DNA from: Oscillospiraceae bacterium
Lineage (GTDB): Bacteria > Bacillota > Clostridia > Oscillospirales > Acutalibacteraceae
Assembly (NCBI GenBank): GCA_015066245.1
Contig: SVOS01000002.1
Span: forward strand, 51,000 to 114,999
Reading direction: 5' to 3'
DNA length: 64,000 nt
Shown: positions 8,729-18,365 of the stretch, piece after piece
How positions within the stretch are numbered: the first letter of the stretch is position 1
How the letters are laid out: every line of letters starts with the position of its first letter
Notes under the pieces: generated by a model
What the model was told of the DNA's origin: nothing
Database searches by the model: none
The model's input: only the letters and a program-made list of their open reading frames with translations
Position numbers and translations under genes: made by a program

Positions 8729-9272
8729 AATATCCTTCGATAGTTCGTGCGATGCTTTGCCTTATATCGGCTATTGAATTTTCGTTCTGGGGTAATTCGC
8801 CACTGCTGAGCATTACTGCACCTCCATAAATCAGAGAGCGTATAAGAAGCTCTCGCCGTGTGCGTTCAGAGGGGCTTATGTGGGGCAAAGCTTTTTCGAG
8901 TAATGGTTTTACGGTGTCTTTCAGTGGCAGGGTGTCTTCGGATAATGTCATAATCGCTCTGAAATGAGGATTTGCAAGACAGAACTTTATATATGAAATT
9001 CCGCTTTCCACCAGTTGCTTTTTGGGGTCGGCGCTGAAAATCTCAGCTACTTGCTCCAGCAGAAGATTAAGCTGACTGTCGATGTAGTTGAAAATCTCAT
9101 TAATAAGGCCGTCTTTGTCAGAAAAATGCTTGTAAGGTGCAGCACAAGAAACATTGCAGGCAGCGGCAACACGTCTGAGAGAAAAGTCAGCGATTCCGTG
9201 GGTCTGAAGCTCATCTATGCCTGCAAGGATAAGCTGCTCCTTAACGGAAATATTGCTTTGTTCAATTTCCAT
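8727..9272 (-). CDS. TetR/AcrR family transcriptional regulator
   Basis: N-terminal HTH FSLRRVAAACNVSCAAPYKHF. Confidence 0.9.
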   Translation of the reverse strand: MEIEQSNISVKEQLILAGIDELQTHGIADFSLRRVAAACNVSCAAPYKHFSDKDGLINEIFNYIDSQLNLLLEQVAEIFSADPKKQLVESGISYIKFCLANPHFRAIMTLSEDTLPLKDTVKPLLEKALPHISPSERTRRELLIRSLIYGGAVMLSSGELPQNENSIADIRQSIARTIEGY

Positions 9273-9297
9273 TTTGCTGCCTCCTTTACATTAATTT

Positions 9298-9882
9298 TCA
9301 GAAAAAGCTTGTGATAAAAATCTCAAGTCCTATAAATATCAGTATGCAACCGCCAAGGATTGAGGCTTTGCCCGAAAGCTTTGTGCCAAACTTTTTGCCC
9401 AGTGTAATTCCTGCCATACATATTATAAATGTAGTAACGGCAATTAACAGGCAACATAAAAACGCACCCATGGGCGTGTAGTGGGATATAGTAAATCCAA
9501 CGGATAAGGCATCGATAGATGTTGCAATTCCCTGCAGAATAAGTGCACCGAAACTCACAGCACTTAGGGGAGTGTCATTATCTTTGCTTTTAATGCCTTC
9601 AATCAGCATTTTTCCACCGATAAAACCTAAAAGCCCCAAAGCTATCCAAGGGATAAACTTTTCGAAAACACTGAAAAAGCTGGCAACTGTATGTACACAG
9701 AAAAAACCTGCTAATGGCATGATAAACTGGAAAAAAGCAAAAATGCCGGCAATATATATATGCCGTGTCTTTTTCATCTTGGGTTCATTCAGACCGTTGG
9801 CAAGGGATACCGAAAAAGCATCCATAGCAAGACCTACACCCAGAAGGATGCTTTGAAAGAAAAACATAAAATCGTAGGGCAT
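9298..9882 (-). CDS. mntP: Manganese efflux pump MntP family protein
   Basis: Duplicated GLAMDAFSVS / ATSIDALSVG motifs; hydrophobic helices. Confidence 0.85.
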   Translation of the reverse strand: MPYDFMFFFQSILLGVGLAMDAFSVSLANGLNEPKMKKTRHIYIAGIFAFFQFIMPLAGFFCVHTVASFFSVFEKFIPWIALGLLGFIGGKMLIEGIKSKDNDTPLSAVSFGALILQGIATSIDALSVGFTISHYTPMGAFLCCLLIAVTTFIICMAGITLGKKFGTKLSGKASILGGCILIFIGLEIFITSFF

Positions 9883-9964
9883 ACAAGCCTCCGTATAATT
9901 AATTACCTTTTAAATGATAAGCTTTCGTGCTGATTGTGTCAAGGATAATTTGCTGAGTTTTCTC

Positions 9965-10029
9965 TTGACATTTTTGTAAATCAGAGTATAATATGTAGCA
10001 TAACACACAAGTTAACACTGTTAACTTGT
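9965..10029 (+). promoter_or_regulatory. SigA promoter of the aro operon followed by a perfect palindrome (candidate operator)
   Basis: TTGACA 9965-9970, 16 nt, TATAAT 9987-9992; ACAAGTTAAC-ACT-GTTAACTTGT at 10007-10029. Confidence 0.65.
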
Positions 10030-10049
10030 CTTTGGGCAGGAGGATTTTT

Positions 10050-11147
10050 ATGGATAGATTGCAAAGTGCGCGAAAGGCAATAAACGAAATTGATAAGGAG
10101 ATGGCGGAGCTTTTTATAAAAAGAATGAAAGCATCTGCTGAGGTAGGCAGATATAAGCTGAGCCGAGGTCTTCCTGTATATGATGCACAACGAGAAGCAG
10201 AGGTTATCCACAACAATTCAAAACGAGTTGAGGATGAGGAGCTTAGAGAGTACTATGTCAACTTTCTGCAGACCTGTATGGATTTGTCCAAAAATTATCA
10301 AAGCAGGCTTCAGAAGGGTTTAAAGGTAGCTTATAGCGGTGTTGAAGGTGCTTTTGCTTTTATTGCCGCAAACAGAATTTTCCCCGACGGAAATCTTTGC
10401 TCATTTGGTGATTTCAAATCAGCATATAACGCAGTTGTAAGCGGTGAGTGCGATTGTTGTGTTCTTCCTATTGAAAACAGCTACGCAGGCGAGGTTTCGC
10501 AGGTTATTGATTTGATGTTCAAGGGTACCCTTTATATAAACGGTGTTTATGATTTGGAGATTACTCAGAATTTAATCGGTATTGAGGGTTCTTCAAGAAA
10601 TGACATCAAAACCGTAGTAAGCCATCCTCAGGCATTGATGCAGTGTGCCGAGTATATTAAGAAGAGAGGCCTCAAGACAGTGGAAGCCAACAATACTGCT
10701 CTTGCGGCAAAATATGTGGCTGACCTGGGTGATAAGACTGTTGCGGCTATTGCAAGCGAGGATACAGCATCTTTGTACGGCCTTGAGATGCTTGAAAAGA
10801 GCATCAACGAAAATTCCAACAACACAACCCGATTTGCGGTATTCTCCAGAGCAGAGAAGAAATCTTCGGTTGATGATAGCAGTATGCAGTCAATTCTTGT
10901 GTTTACCGTTAAGAACGAGGCAGGTGCTCTGGCTAAGGCGGTTACAATTATCGGTAACAGCGGATTTAATATGCGAACCTTGAGAAGCCGCTCCATGAAA
11001 AAGCTTTTGTGGCAGTATTACTTCTATGTAGAAGTAGACGGTAATGCACATAGCAAGAAGGGCGAGGAGATGCTTAAGGCACTGTCAAGTTGTTGTGACA
11101 GGCTTAGAATTGTGGGCACCTTTGCTCACGAAACTGATTTGAAATGA
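10050..11147 (+). CDS. pheA: Bifunctional chorismate mutase / prephenate dehydratase
   Basis: CM domain (ARKAINEIDKEM..KR), VLPIENS, SHPQAL, NTTRF, C-terminal ACT (NEAGAL); ATG after GGAGG. Confidence 0.92.
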   Translation: MDRLQSARKAINEIDKEMAELFIKRMKASAEVGRYKLSRGLPVYDAQREAEVIHNNSKRVEDEELREYYVNFLQTCMDLSKNYQSRLQKGLKVAYSGVEGAFAFIAANRIFPDGNLCSFGDFKSAYNAVVSGECDCCVLPIENSYAGEVSQVIDLMFKGTLYINGVYDLEITQNLIGIEGSSRNDIKTVVSHPQALMQCAEYIKKRGLKTVEANNTALAAKYVADLGDKTVAAIASEDTASLYGLEMLEKSINENSNNTTRFAVFSRAEKKSSVDDSSMQSILVFTVKNEAGALAKAVTIIGNSGFNMRTLRSRSMKKLLWQYYFYVEVDGNAHSKKGEEMLKALSSCCDRLRIVGTFAHETDLK

Positions 11148-12166
11148 GTGATAATATGATTATCAATGTGGATTTGAAGCATACAGATTACAATATATAC
11201 ATAGAAAGAGGTAACTTGGAGTGCGCAGGTGAGCTTCTTAACCTTAACCGGAAGGTGCTTGTTATCACAGATGACGGTGTGCCCTCTGAATATGCAAAGA
11301 CTATTGCAAATCAGTGCAAAGAGGGATATATAGAGACAGTTGCCCAGGGCGAAAAAAGTAAGAGTATAGAAGTGTATGAAAAACTTCTTAAAAGAATGCT
11401 TGAGCTTCAGTTTACCCGCAAGGATGCAGTTGTTGCCGTAGGAGGCGGTGTGTGCGGAGATCTTGCCGGATTTGTGGCGGCAAGCTTTATGAGGGGAGTA
11501 TGCTTTTACAATATCCCTACAACGGTGCTTTCTCAGGTGGATTCTTCCATAGGCGGCAAGGTGGCCGTAAATTTAGGCGGAATCAAAAATATAGTAGGCG
11601 CTTTCTATCAGCCTGAGGCGGTGCTTATAGACCCCGAAACCCTCAAGACCTTACCTTCTCGTCAGATTTCGGCAGGTCTTGCAGAGGCGGTCAAGATGGC
11701 GGTTAATTTTGACAAAGAGCTTTTTGAAAGAATCGAAGCAAGCGAAAATCCAATGGATATGATTGACGAGATTATCGCCGGTTCTTTGCTTATCAAAAAG
11801 AAGGTTGTGGAAGAAGACGAAAAGGAATCAGGCCTCAGAAAAGTCCTCAACTTTGGTCACACCATAGGTCATGCCATCGAGAGTGTTGCAGAAGGCTCTC
11901 TTTATCATGGAGAGTGTGTGGCTTTGGGAATTCTCGGCGTTTGCGGCTGCGATGTAAAAGAAAGAGTACAGAGCGTGCTTGAAAGGCTTAACCTGCCCAC
12001 ATCCTTCAAGGCGGATAAAACAAAACTTTTAGAGGCGATTTCTCACGATAAAAAAGCAAGTGCCAAAACCACAACAGTAATTATTGCAGAGGAAATCGGC
12101 ACATATACAATGAAAGAAGAAACCACAGAAGAACTTTCTCGGAGAATGGAGCAGTTTTATTTATGA
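11144..12166 (+). CDS. aroB: 3-dehydroquinate synthase
   Basis: GGGVCGDLAGF, PTTVLSQVDSSIGGK, LNFGHTIGHAIE. Confidence 0.96.
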   Translation: MSDNMIINVDLKHTDYNIYIERGNLECAGELLNLNRKVLVITDDGVPSEYAKTIANQCKEGYIETVAQGEKSKSIEVYEKLLKRMLELQFTRKDAVVAVGGGVCGDLAGFVAASFMRGVCFYNIPTTVLSQVDSSIGGKVAVNLGGIKNIVGAFYQPEAVLIDPETLKTLPSRQISAGLAEAVKMAVNFDKELFERIEASENPMDMIDEIIAGSLLIKKKVVEEDEKESGLRKVLNFGHTIGHAIESVAEGSLYHGECVALGILGVCGCDVKERVQSVLERLNLPTSFKADKTKLLEAISHDKKASAKTTTVIIAEEIGTYTMKEETTEELSRRMEQFYL

Positions 12167-13251
12167 AATCCTCATTCGGACAAAGCGTAAATATATGTAT
12201 AACAGGAGAGAGCCACGGCGAAGCTTTGGTGGCGGTTTTATCAGGTCTTACTCCCGGCATTAAAATCGACAGAGAATATATCCGACATTGTCTCTCTCAG
12301 CGAGCTCCGGTGGGAAACATCTCAACCCCAAGACATGAGGCTGATGAGTTTGAAATTCTGAGCGGAGTTTTTGAGGGTATGAGCACAGGAACTCCTATTA
12401 CAATATTAATAAGAAACACCAACACAAAAAGCAAGGACTACTCAGAGATGGCTGTTACTCCTCGTCCGGGACATGCCGACTTTACTGCAGAAGCCAAGTA
12501 TCACGGCTTTCAGGACTATCGCGGCGGAGGACATTTCAGCGGAAGAATCACGGCATCTCTTGTTGCTGCAGGAGCTATAGCACGACTTGCTCTTAAAAAC
12601 AAGGGCATAGAAATCGGTACTCACATCTCTAAATGCGGTGGAGTGGCTGACAGGGAGTTTCAGAATGTGTCAGAGGATATTAAGTCTCTTGAGAATAAGT
12701 ATTTTGCAGTTCTTGACGATGAAAGCTCTCAAAAAATGCAGGAAAGAATTTTAGAAGCATCTCAGCAGGGCGATAGTGTCGGTGGAATACTTGAAACAGC
12801 GGTATGTGGTCTTCCTGCGGGCTTGGGTGAGCCTTGGTTTGACAGTATGGAAAGTGTGCTTTCACACATGCTTTTCTCGATTCCCGGTGTCAAGGGTGTC
12901 GAGTTTGGTGCAGGCTTTTCTGTAGCAGATATGAGAGGCAGCGAAGTAAACGGTTCTCTTTGTGTGAATAACGGCAAAATCACTCCCGTAAATGATTTAA
13001 GCGGCGGTGTAAACGGAGGTATCACCAACGGAGATGCACTTAAATTCCGCTTGGCAGTACGTCCCACACCGACGATTTTCAAAGAGCAGAATACAGTAGA
13101 TATGAAAAAGCTGGAAAACAAGACTCTTTCTGCAAAAGGCAGACACGACCCTGCCATTGTGCATAGGGTAAGAGCTGTGGTTGATGCCGCAACTGCTTTG
13201 GTGCTTTGTGATATGATGGCTCAGCGTTTCGGAACGGATTGGGCACTTTGA
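12163..13251 (+). CDS. aroC: Chorismate synthase
   Basis: GESHG, RPGHAD, YRGGGHFSGR, GRHDP. Confidence 0.96.
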   Translation: MKSSFGQSVNICITGESHGEALVAVLSGLTPGIKIDREYIRHCLSQRAPVGNISTPRHEADEFEILSGVFEGMSTGTPITILIRNTNTKSKDYSEMAVTPRPGHADFTAEAKYHGFQDYRGGGHFSGRITASLVAAGAIARLALKNKGIEIGTHISKCGGVADREFQNVSEDIKSLENKYFAVLDDESSQKMQERILEASQQGDSVGGILETAVCGLPAGLGEPWFDSMESVLSHMLFSIPGVKGVEFGAGFSVADMRGSEVNGSLCVNNGKITPVNDLSGGVNGGITNGDALKFRLAVRPTPTIFKEQNTVDMKKLENKTLSAKGRHDPAIVHRVRAVVDAATALVLCDMMAQRFGTDWAL

Positions 13252-13274
13252 TTTTTAATTTTGGAGGCATTAAT

Positions 13275-14516
13275 ATGGAATACGGACTTTTGGGCAAGGT
13301 GCTTGCACACTCTTTTTCTCCCGAAATTCACGCGCTTATAGGCGATTATGACTATAGATTGGTTGAGCTTGGCGAAGATAAGGTTGAGGGCTTTCTTGAG
13401 AAAAGAGACTTCAAAGCAATAAATGTAACCATCCCTTACAAACAGACTGTTATGCCTTTTCTGGATGAAATTAGCGAAAGCGCTAAGGCGATAGGAGCAG
13501 TAAATACTGTGGTAAACCGTCAGGGCAAGCTTTACGGATATAATACCGATTTTGACGGGCTTAAGGCTTTGATTGAAAAACTCATACCTTCTCTTTGCGG
13601 GCAAAAGGTGCTTATTTTAGGCTCAGGCGGCACAAGCCACACTGCTCAGGCAGTGGCAAAGGCTATGGGTGCAAAGGAAATTATTGTGGCAAGCATTATG
13701 GGCGAAGAGGGCACAGTTACTTATGACGAAGCAAAAGCTCTTCATAATGATGCTGATATTCTTATTAATACCACTCCCTGCGGAATGTATCCCAATATAC
13801 ATACAGTAGCTACTGACCTTGATGTTTTTTCTGACCTCAAGGCTTTGGCGGATGTTGTGTACAATCCCCTCAGAACAGAGCTTGTGCTCAGAGCAAGAGA
13901 AAAGGGTATTCCTGCTATGGGCGGGCTTTATATGCTTACTATGCAGGGAATTAAAGCGGCAGAGCATTTCTTCTCTGAAGAAATCGCAAAAGAAAAGGCT
14001 GACGAAATATTCAGCACTATTATCAACAGACGAGAGAACATAGTGCTTACAGGTATGCCTTCCTGCGGCAAGACTACAGTGGGTAACATCCTTTCCGCAG
14101 AAACAGGCAGACCAATTTATGATGTGGATGCTCTGATTGTGAAAAGAGCAGGCTGTGAAATCAGCGAGATTTTCGAAAAGCAGGGCGAACAGTATTTCCG
14201 TGACCTTGAAAGTGCCGTTATTGCAGAGGAGGTTGCTCCTCTTACAGGTGCGATTATCGCCACAGGCGGCGGTGCGGTGCTGAGAGCTGAGAACATCAAA
14301 AACCTCAGAAAAAACGGAAAGATAGTTTTTATCGACAGAGATTTGTCGCTTCTGACACCTACATCAGACAGACCCACCGCATCCGATTATGAGGCGATGA
14401 AAAAACGCTTTGAGCAGAGATACGACATTTACATAGGAACATCGGATATCAGGGTTGACGGCTCATTAAGTGCCGAAGAAGTAGCAAAGAGTGTAAAAGA
14501 GGAATTTTTAAAATGA
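13275..14516 (+). CDS. aroE: Fused shikimate dehydrogenase / shikimate kinase (AroE-AroK)
   Basis: HSFSP, NVTIPYK, GAVNT, NTD, GSGG; C-terminal GMPSCGKTT and ATGGG kinase motifs. Confidence 0.92.
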   Translation: MEYGLLGKVLAHSFSPEIHALIGDYDYRLVELGEDKVEGFLEKRDFKAINVTIPYKQTVMPFLDEISESAKAIGAVNTVVNRQGKLYGYNTDFDGLKALIEKLIPSLCGQKVLILGSGGTSHTAQAVAKAMGAKEIIVASIMGEEGTVTYDEAKALHNDADILINTTPCGMYPNIHTVATDLDVFSDLKALADVVYNPLRTELVLRAREKGIPAMGGLYMLTMQGIKAAEHFFSEEIAKEKADEIFSTIINRRENIVLTGMPSCGKTTVGNILSAETGRPIYDVDALIVKRAGCEISEIFEKQGEQYFRDLESAVIAEEVAPLTGAIIATGGGAVLRAENIKNLRKNGKIVFIDRDLSLLTPTSDRPTASDYEAMKKRFEQRYDIYIGTSDIRVDGSLSAEEVAKSVKEEFLK

Positions 14517-14944
14517 AGATTTTAGTTATTAACGGACCTAATCTCAATATGCTGGGTATTCGTGAGCCTGCAATTTACGGCAGAGAAACTTACGATACTC
14601 TTTTGCAGAAGATTGTGGATTATGCCGATGAAAAGGATATAGAAGTAAAGGTTTTGCAGACAAATTATGAGGGCGAAATGGTGACATTTATCCAGCAGGC
14701 TTTGGGTGTTTATGATGGTATTGTTATTAACCCTGCCGCATATACCCACACAAGTGTTGCTATTCTCGATGCTGCAAAAGCGGTGGCTTTGCCTCTTGTA
14801 GAGGTGCACATTTCCGATGTGTCAAAGCGTGAGGATTTCAGACAGATAAGCTACATCCGACAGGCGGCAGTTGCTACTGTGTCGGGCAAGGGCACAGACG
14901 GGTATCTTGAGGCTATTGACATACTTATGAAGGAGTTATCATAA
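14513..14944 (+). CDS. aroQ: Type II 3-dehydroquinate dehydratase
   Basis: INGPNLNMLGIREP..YG, INPAAYTHTS, VEVHIS. Confidence 0.96.
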   Translation: MKILVINGPNLNMLGIREPAIYGRETYDTLLQKIVDYADEKDIEVKVLQTNYEGEMVTFIQQALGVYDGIVINPAAYTHTSVAILDAAKAVALPLVEVHISDVSKREDFRQISYIRQAAVATVSGKGTDGYLEAIDILMKELS

Positions 14945-16158
14945 TGAGAGCTTGTGTGAGTAAGTCAGAGATTAGAGGCAAGGTTTTGGCTCCGCCCTCA
15001 AAGAGCATGGCACACAGAATGCTTATTGGTGCAGGACTTTCCAATGGTACTAGTATTATCAAGGGTATCTCGGGTTCAGAAGATGTAAAGGCGACTCTTG
15101 ATTGTCTCGAGGCTTTGGGTGCGAAGTGTGAGTTTGAGGGAGATGTAGTAAAGGTCACTGGAACGGATATTATGAATATCCCTGAAGATGCAGAGCTAAA
15201 ATGCAGAGAAAGCGGCTCTACCCTAAGATTTTTTATTCCTCTTTGCCTTTTGAGCGGCAAAAACGTAACACTTACAGGCAGTGAGTATCTTTTCTCACGC
15301 CCTTTAAGCGTATATGAGGAAATTTGTCGAAGGCAAGGCGTTGGATATGATCTCAGCGGTGCAAAGCTTAAGGTTTGCGGAAGACTTCAAAGCGGGGATT
15401 TTCGCATAAAGGGAAACATTAGCTCTCAGTTTATTACAGGACTTCTCTATGCGCTGCCCTTGCTTGATAAAGACAGTACGATTACTCTTATTCCTCCTGT
15501 AGAAAGCCTTTCCTATATCAACCTTACTGTGCAGGCACTTAAGGTTTTTGGTGTTGAGGTTAAATGGCAGGATGAAAGAACTATATATATTAAGGGAAAT
15601 CAGCGCTATGAAGCAGTAGAAGCAACTGTTGAGGGCGACTATTCAAACGCTGCTTTTTTTGAAGCCATGAACTATCTCGGTTCAGAGGTTGAGGTTTTGG
15701 GACTTGACCCCGAGAGTCTTCAGGGCGACAAAGTGTACGAAAAGCACTTTCCTTCACTTGCAAAAGGGATGCCTACTATTAATATTTCTGACTGTCCGGA
15801 TCTGGGACCTGTGCTTTTTGCTGTAGCTGCTGCAAAGCATGGTGCGGTATTTACAGGTACAAGAAGACTCAGACTCAAAGAGTGCGACAGAGCCGAGGCG
15901 ATGTCTCAGGAACTTTCAAAATTCGGTGTGGCAGTTTCTGTCAAAGAGGACAGTGTGGTGGTTTATCCCCATGATTTCCATGCTCCCCAAGAGATAATTT
16001 CAGGTCATAATGACCATCGTATTGTTATGGCTATGGCGGTGCTTATGACGCTGACAGGGGGCGAGATTGAAGGGGCAGAGGCAGTACGCAAAAGTATGCC
16101 CGACTTCTTCGAAAAATTAATTTCTGTTGGTGCAGAGGTGACGCTTTATGATGCTTAA
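14944..16158 (+). CDS. aroA: EPSP synthase
   Basis: PPSKSMAHR, ESGSTLRF, SSQF, LRLKECDR, HNDHRIVM. Confidence 0.95.
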   Translation: MRACVSKSEIRGKVLAPPSKSMAHRMLIGAGLSNGTSIIKGISGSEDVKATLDCLEALGAKCEFEGDVVKVTGTDIMNIPEDAELKCRESGSTLRFFIPLCLLSGKNVTLTGSEYLFSRPLSVYEEICRRQGVGYDLSGAKLKVCGRLQSGDFRIKGNISSQFITGLLYALPLLDKDSTITLIPPVESLSYINLTVQALKVFGVEVKWQDERTIYIKGNQRYEAVEATVEGDYSNAAFFEAMNYLGSEVEVLGLDPESLQGDKVYEKHFPSLAKGMPTINISDCPDLGPVLFAVAAAKHGAVFTGTRRLRLKECDRAEAMSQELSKFGVAVSVKEDSVVVYPHDFHAPQEIISGHNDHRIVMAMAVLMTLTGGEIEGAEAVRKSMPDFFEKLISVGAEVTLYDA

Positions 16159-17005
16159 TACAAATAAAAATATACTCATTGTAGGCTTGGGCCTTATGGG
16201 CGGCAGCTATGCAATGGGATTTAAAAAACTTGGATTTAAGATTTCTGCTATTGCAAGACGTCAGGAAACAATAGATTATGCTATTGAAAATAATATTATT
16301 GACGAAGGCTTTACGGGCCCCGATCCCGAGGTTCTGGGCAAGGCAGACATAATTGTCTTTGGTCTTTATCCTCAGATTTTTATAGATTGGATTAAGGACA
16401 ACCAGCAACACTTTAAAAAAGGTGCATTGCTTACAGATGTAACCGGTGTTAAAGGATCTGTTGTTTACGAGGTACAGAGTGCACTGAGAGATGATGTGGA
16501 GTTTATAGCCGCACATCCTATGGCGGGTAAAGAGGTTTATGGCGTTGAAAATGCTGATGACAGAATTTTTCACGGTGCTAACTATATTGTAACACCTACC
16601 TCAAAAAACACCCCCGAAGCAATTGAAGATTGTCTTGAAATAGGCAGGCTTTTAGGTTTTGCAAATGTAAGTGTTCTTACTCCCGAAAAGCACGACGAGA
16701 TGATAGGTTTTGTTTCTCAGCTGACTCACTGTATTGCAGTTACACTTATGAACTGTTGCGATGACGAAAACCTAAAGAATTATACAGGTGACTCTTTCAG
16801 GGACTTGACCAGAATTGCACGAATAAATGACAAAATGTGGAGCGAGCTTTTTATTATGAACAAGCCGGCACTCCTTCATCAGATGCACAGATTTGAAGAC
16901 CAGTTTGACAGACTCAAGGCGGCACTTTTAAACGGTGACGAGCAGACTATGCGTGAAATGATGCAGATATCCACCACACGCAGAGCATTATTTGATAAGA
17001 AATAA
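16148..17005 (+). CDS. tyrA: Prephenate dehydrogenase
   Basis: GLGLMGGS, DVTGVK, HPMAG, HDEMIGFVSQLTH, FRDLTRIA. Confidence 0.93.
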   Translation: MMLNTNKNILIVGLGLMGGSYAMGFKKLGFKISAIARRQETIDYAIENNIIDEGFTGPDPEVLGKADIIVFGLYPQIFIDWIKDNQQHFKKGALLTDVTGVKGSVVYEVQSALRDDVEFIAAHPMAGKEVYGVENADDRIFHGANYIVTPTSKNTPEAIEDCLEIGRLLGFANVSVLTPEKHDEMIGFVSQLTHCIAVTLMNCCDDENLKNYTGDSFRDLTRIARINDKMWSELFIMNKPALLHQMHRFEDQFDRLKAALLNGDEQTMREMMQISTTRRALFDKK

Positions 17006-17019
17006 GGAGCGAAATAACT

Positions 17020-18048
17020 ATGAATATGAATTTTATCCGCAAGCTTCCTATTCCAAAGGATGTTAAAGAGCAGTTTCCTTTGTCTGATGACCTTGCAAAA
17101 ATCAAAGAAGAAAGAGACGTGGAAATTGCAAAGATTTTCACAGGAGAAAGCGACAAGTTTCTGCTTGTAATCGGTCCTTGCTCGGCAGACAGGGAAGATG
17201 CTGTTTTGGAGTATATTTCAAAGCTGAGGGGTTTGCAGGAAAAAGTACAAGATAAGATTCTCATAATTCCCCGAATCTATACAGGAAAACCCAGAACCAC
17301 AGGCGCCGGCTACAAGGGCCTTCTCCATCAGCCCGACCCTAACGAAAAGCCCGACCTTTTCAAGGGCATTGTTGCTATCCGTGAGCTTCACATGAGAGCA
17401 CTTAAAGAAACAGGCTTTACCTGTGCGGATGAGATGCTTTATCCCGAAAACCACCGTTACCTTTCGGATATTATTGCTTATGTTGCAGTTGGTGCACGTT
17501 CTGTTGAGAACCAGCAGCACCGTCTTACTGCATCAGGTCTTAAGGTGCCCGTAGGTATGAAGAATCCTACATCCGGTGACCTTACTGTTATGATGAACTC
17601 TATCACCGCTGCCCAGAGCAAGCATACATTCATCTACAGAGGTTGGGAGGCAGAAAGCCAGGGAAATCCTCTTGCTCATGCAATTTTAAGAGGCTATGTC
17701 AACAAGCACGGCCAGTGTCAGCCTAACTATCACTATGAGGACTTGATTCTTACCCACGAAATGTACGAGAAACACGGACTTAAGAATCCTGCGGTAATTG
17801 TTGATACAAATCACTCCAACTCCAACAAGCAGTATCTTGAGCAGATTCGTATTGCAAAAGAGGTGCTTTACAGCAAGCGTCATAATGCGGATATCGGCAA
17901 GATGGTAAAGGGTCTTATGATTGAAAGCTATCTTGAAGACGGAACTCAGAAAATCGGCGACTGCGTTTACGGCAAGTCCATTACAGACCCCTGCCTCGGT
18001 TGGGAAAAGACCGAGCGACTTGTGCTTGATATGGCAGATTATCTGTAA
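17020..18048 (+). CDS. aroF: DAHP synthase, class I-alpha (AroF/G/H-type)
   Basis: IGPCS, KPRTTG..YKG, GARSVE, GMKNPTSG, HAILRG, DTNHSNS, SITDPC. Confidence 0.92.
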   Translation: MNMNFIRKLPIPKDVKEQFPLSDDLAKIKEERDVEIAKIFTGESDKFLLVIGPCSADREDAVLEYISKLRGLQEKVQDKILIIPRIYTGKPRTTGAGYKGLLHQPDPNEKPDLFKGIVAIRELHMRALKETGFTCADEMLYPENHRYLSDIIAYVAVGARSVENQQHRLTASGLKVPVGMKNPTSGDLTVMMNSITAAQSKHTFIYRGWEAESQGNPLAHAILRGYVNKHGQCQPNYHYEDLILTHEMYEKHGLKNPAVIVDTNHSNSNKQYLEQIRIAKEVLYSKRHNADIGKMVKGLMIESYLEDGTQKIGDCVYGKSITDPCLGWEKTERLVLDMADYL

Positions 18049-18070
18049 TTTTCAGATTGTTTATTGTTTG

Positions 18071-18313
18071 CATCTATATATTGTGTTTTATAAGGCAAAA
18101 AATCTTTTATAAATTAAACCACCACAATATATTGTGGTATGGTTACAAATTGACACAAGAGGCTAAAATACCCCCAAACCCAGGCGGAGACTGGGTTTGG
18201 GGAGTTTTTTGCTCTGAAAATGCGGAGTTTTAATTCTTAAATGACACTAAACATTAACAAAATTGTCACAATATATTGTGGTTTTTCTCTTGACAAACCA
18301 CAATTTTTTGTGG
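18071..18313. promoter_or_regulatory. nrdD upstream region: four NrdR boxes and a SigA promoter
   Basis: CACAATATATTGTG at 18123 and 18267, CACAATTTTTTGTG at 18299, CTATATATTGTG at 18074; TTGACA 18290-18295, 18 nt, TATTAT 18314-18319. Confidence 0.8.
18172..18210 (+). terminator. Intrinsic terminator-like hairpin between the two NrdR-box pairs
   Basis: CCCCAAACCCAG/CTGGGTTTGGGG stem followed by AGTTTTTT. Confidence 0.7.
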
Positions 18314-18365
18314 TATTATCTCTACGGACTTGAAAAAGAGAGAAAATTATGAAAGGATTTTGATT

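Noticed and set aside
9883-9945. yybP-ykoY Mn riboswitch upstream of mntP
   Set aside because: A TTGACA-17-TATCAT promoter leaves only about 30 nt of leader
10204-10212. Perfect DnaA box TTATCCACA inside pheA
   Set aside because: A single in-CDS match is expected by chance in 64 kb
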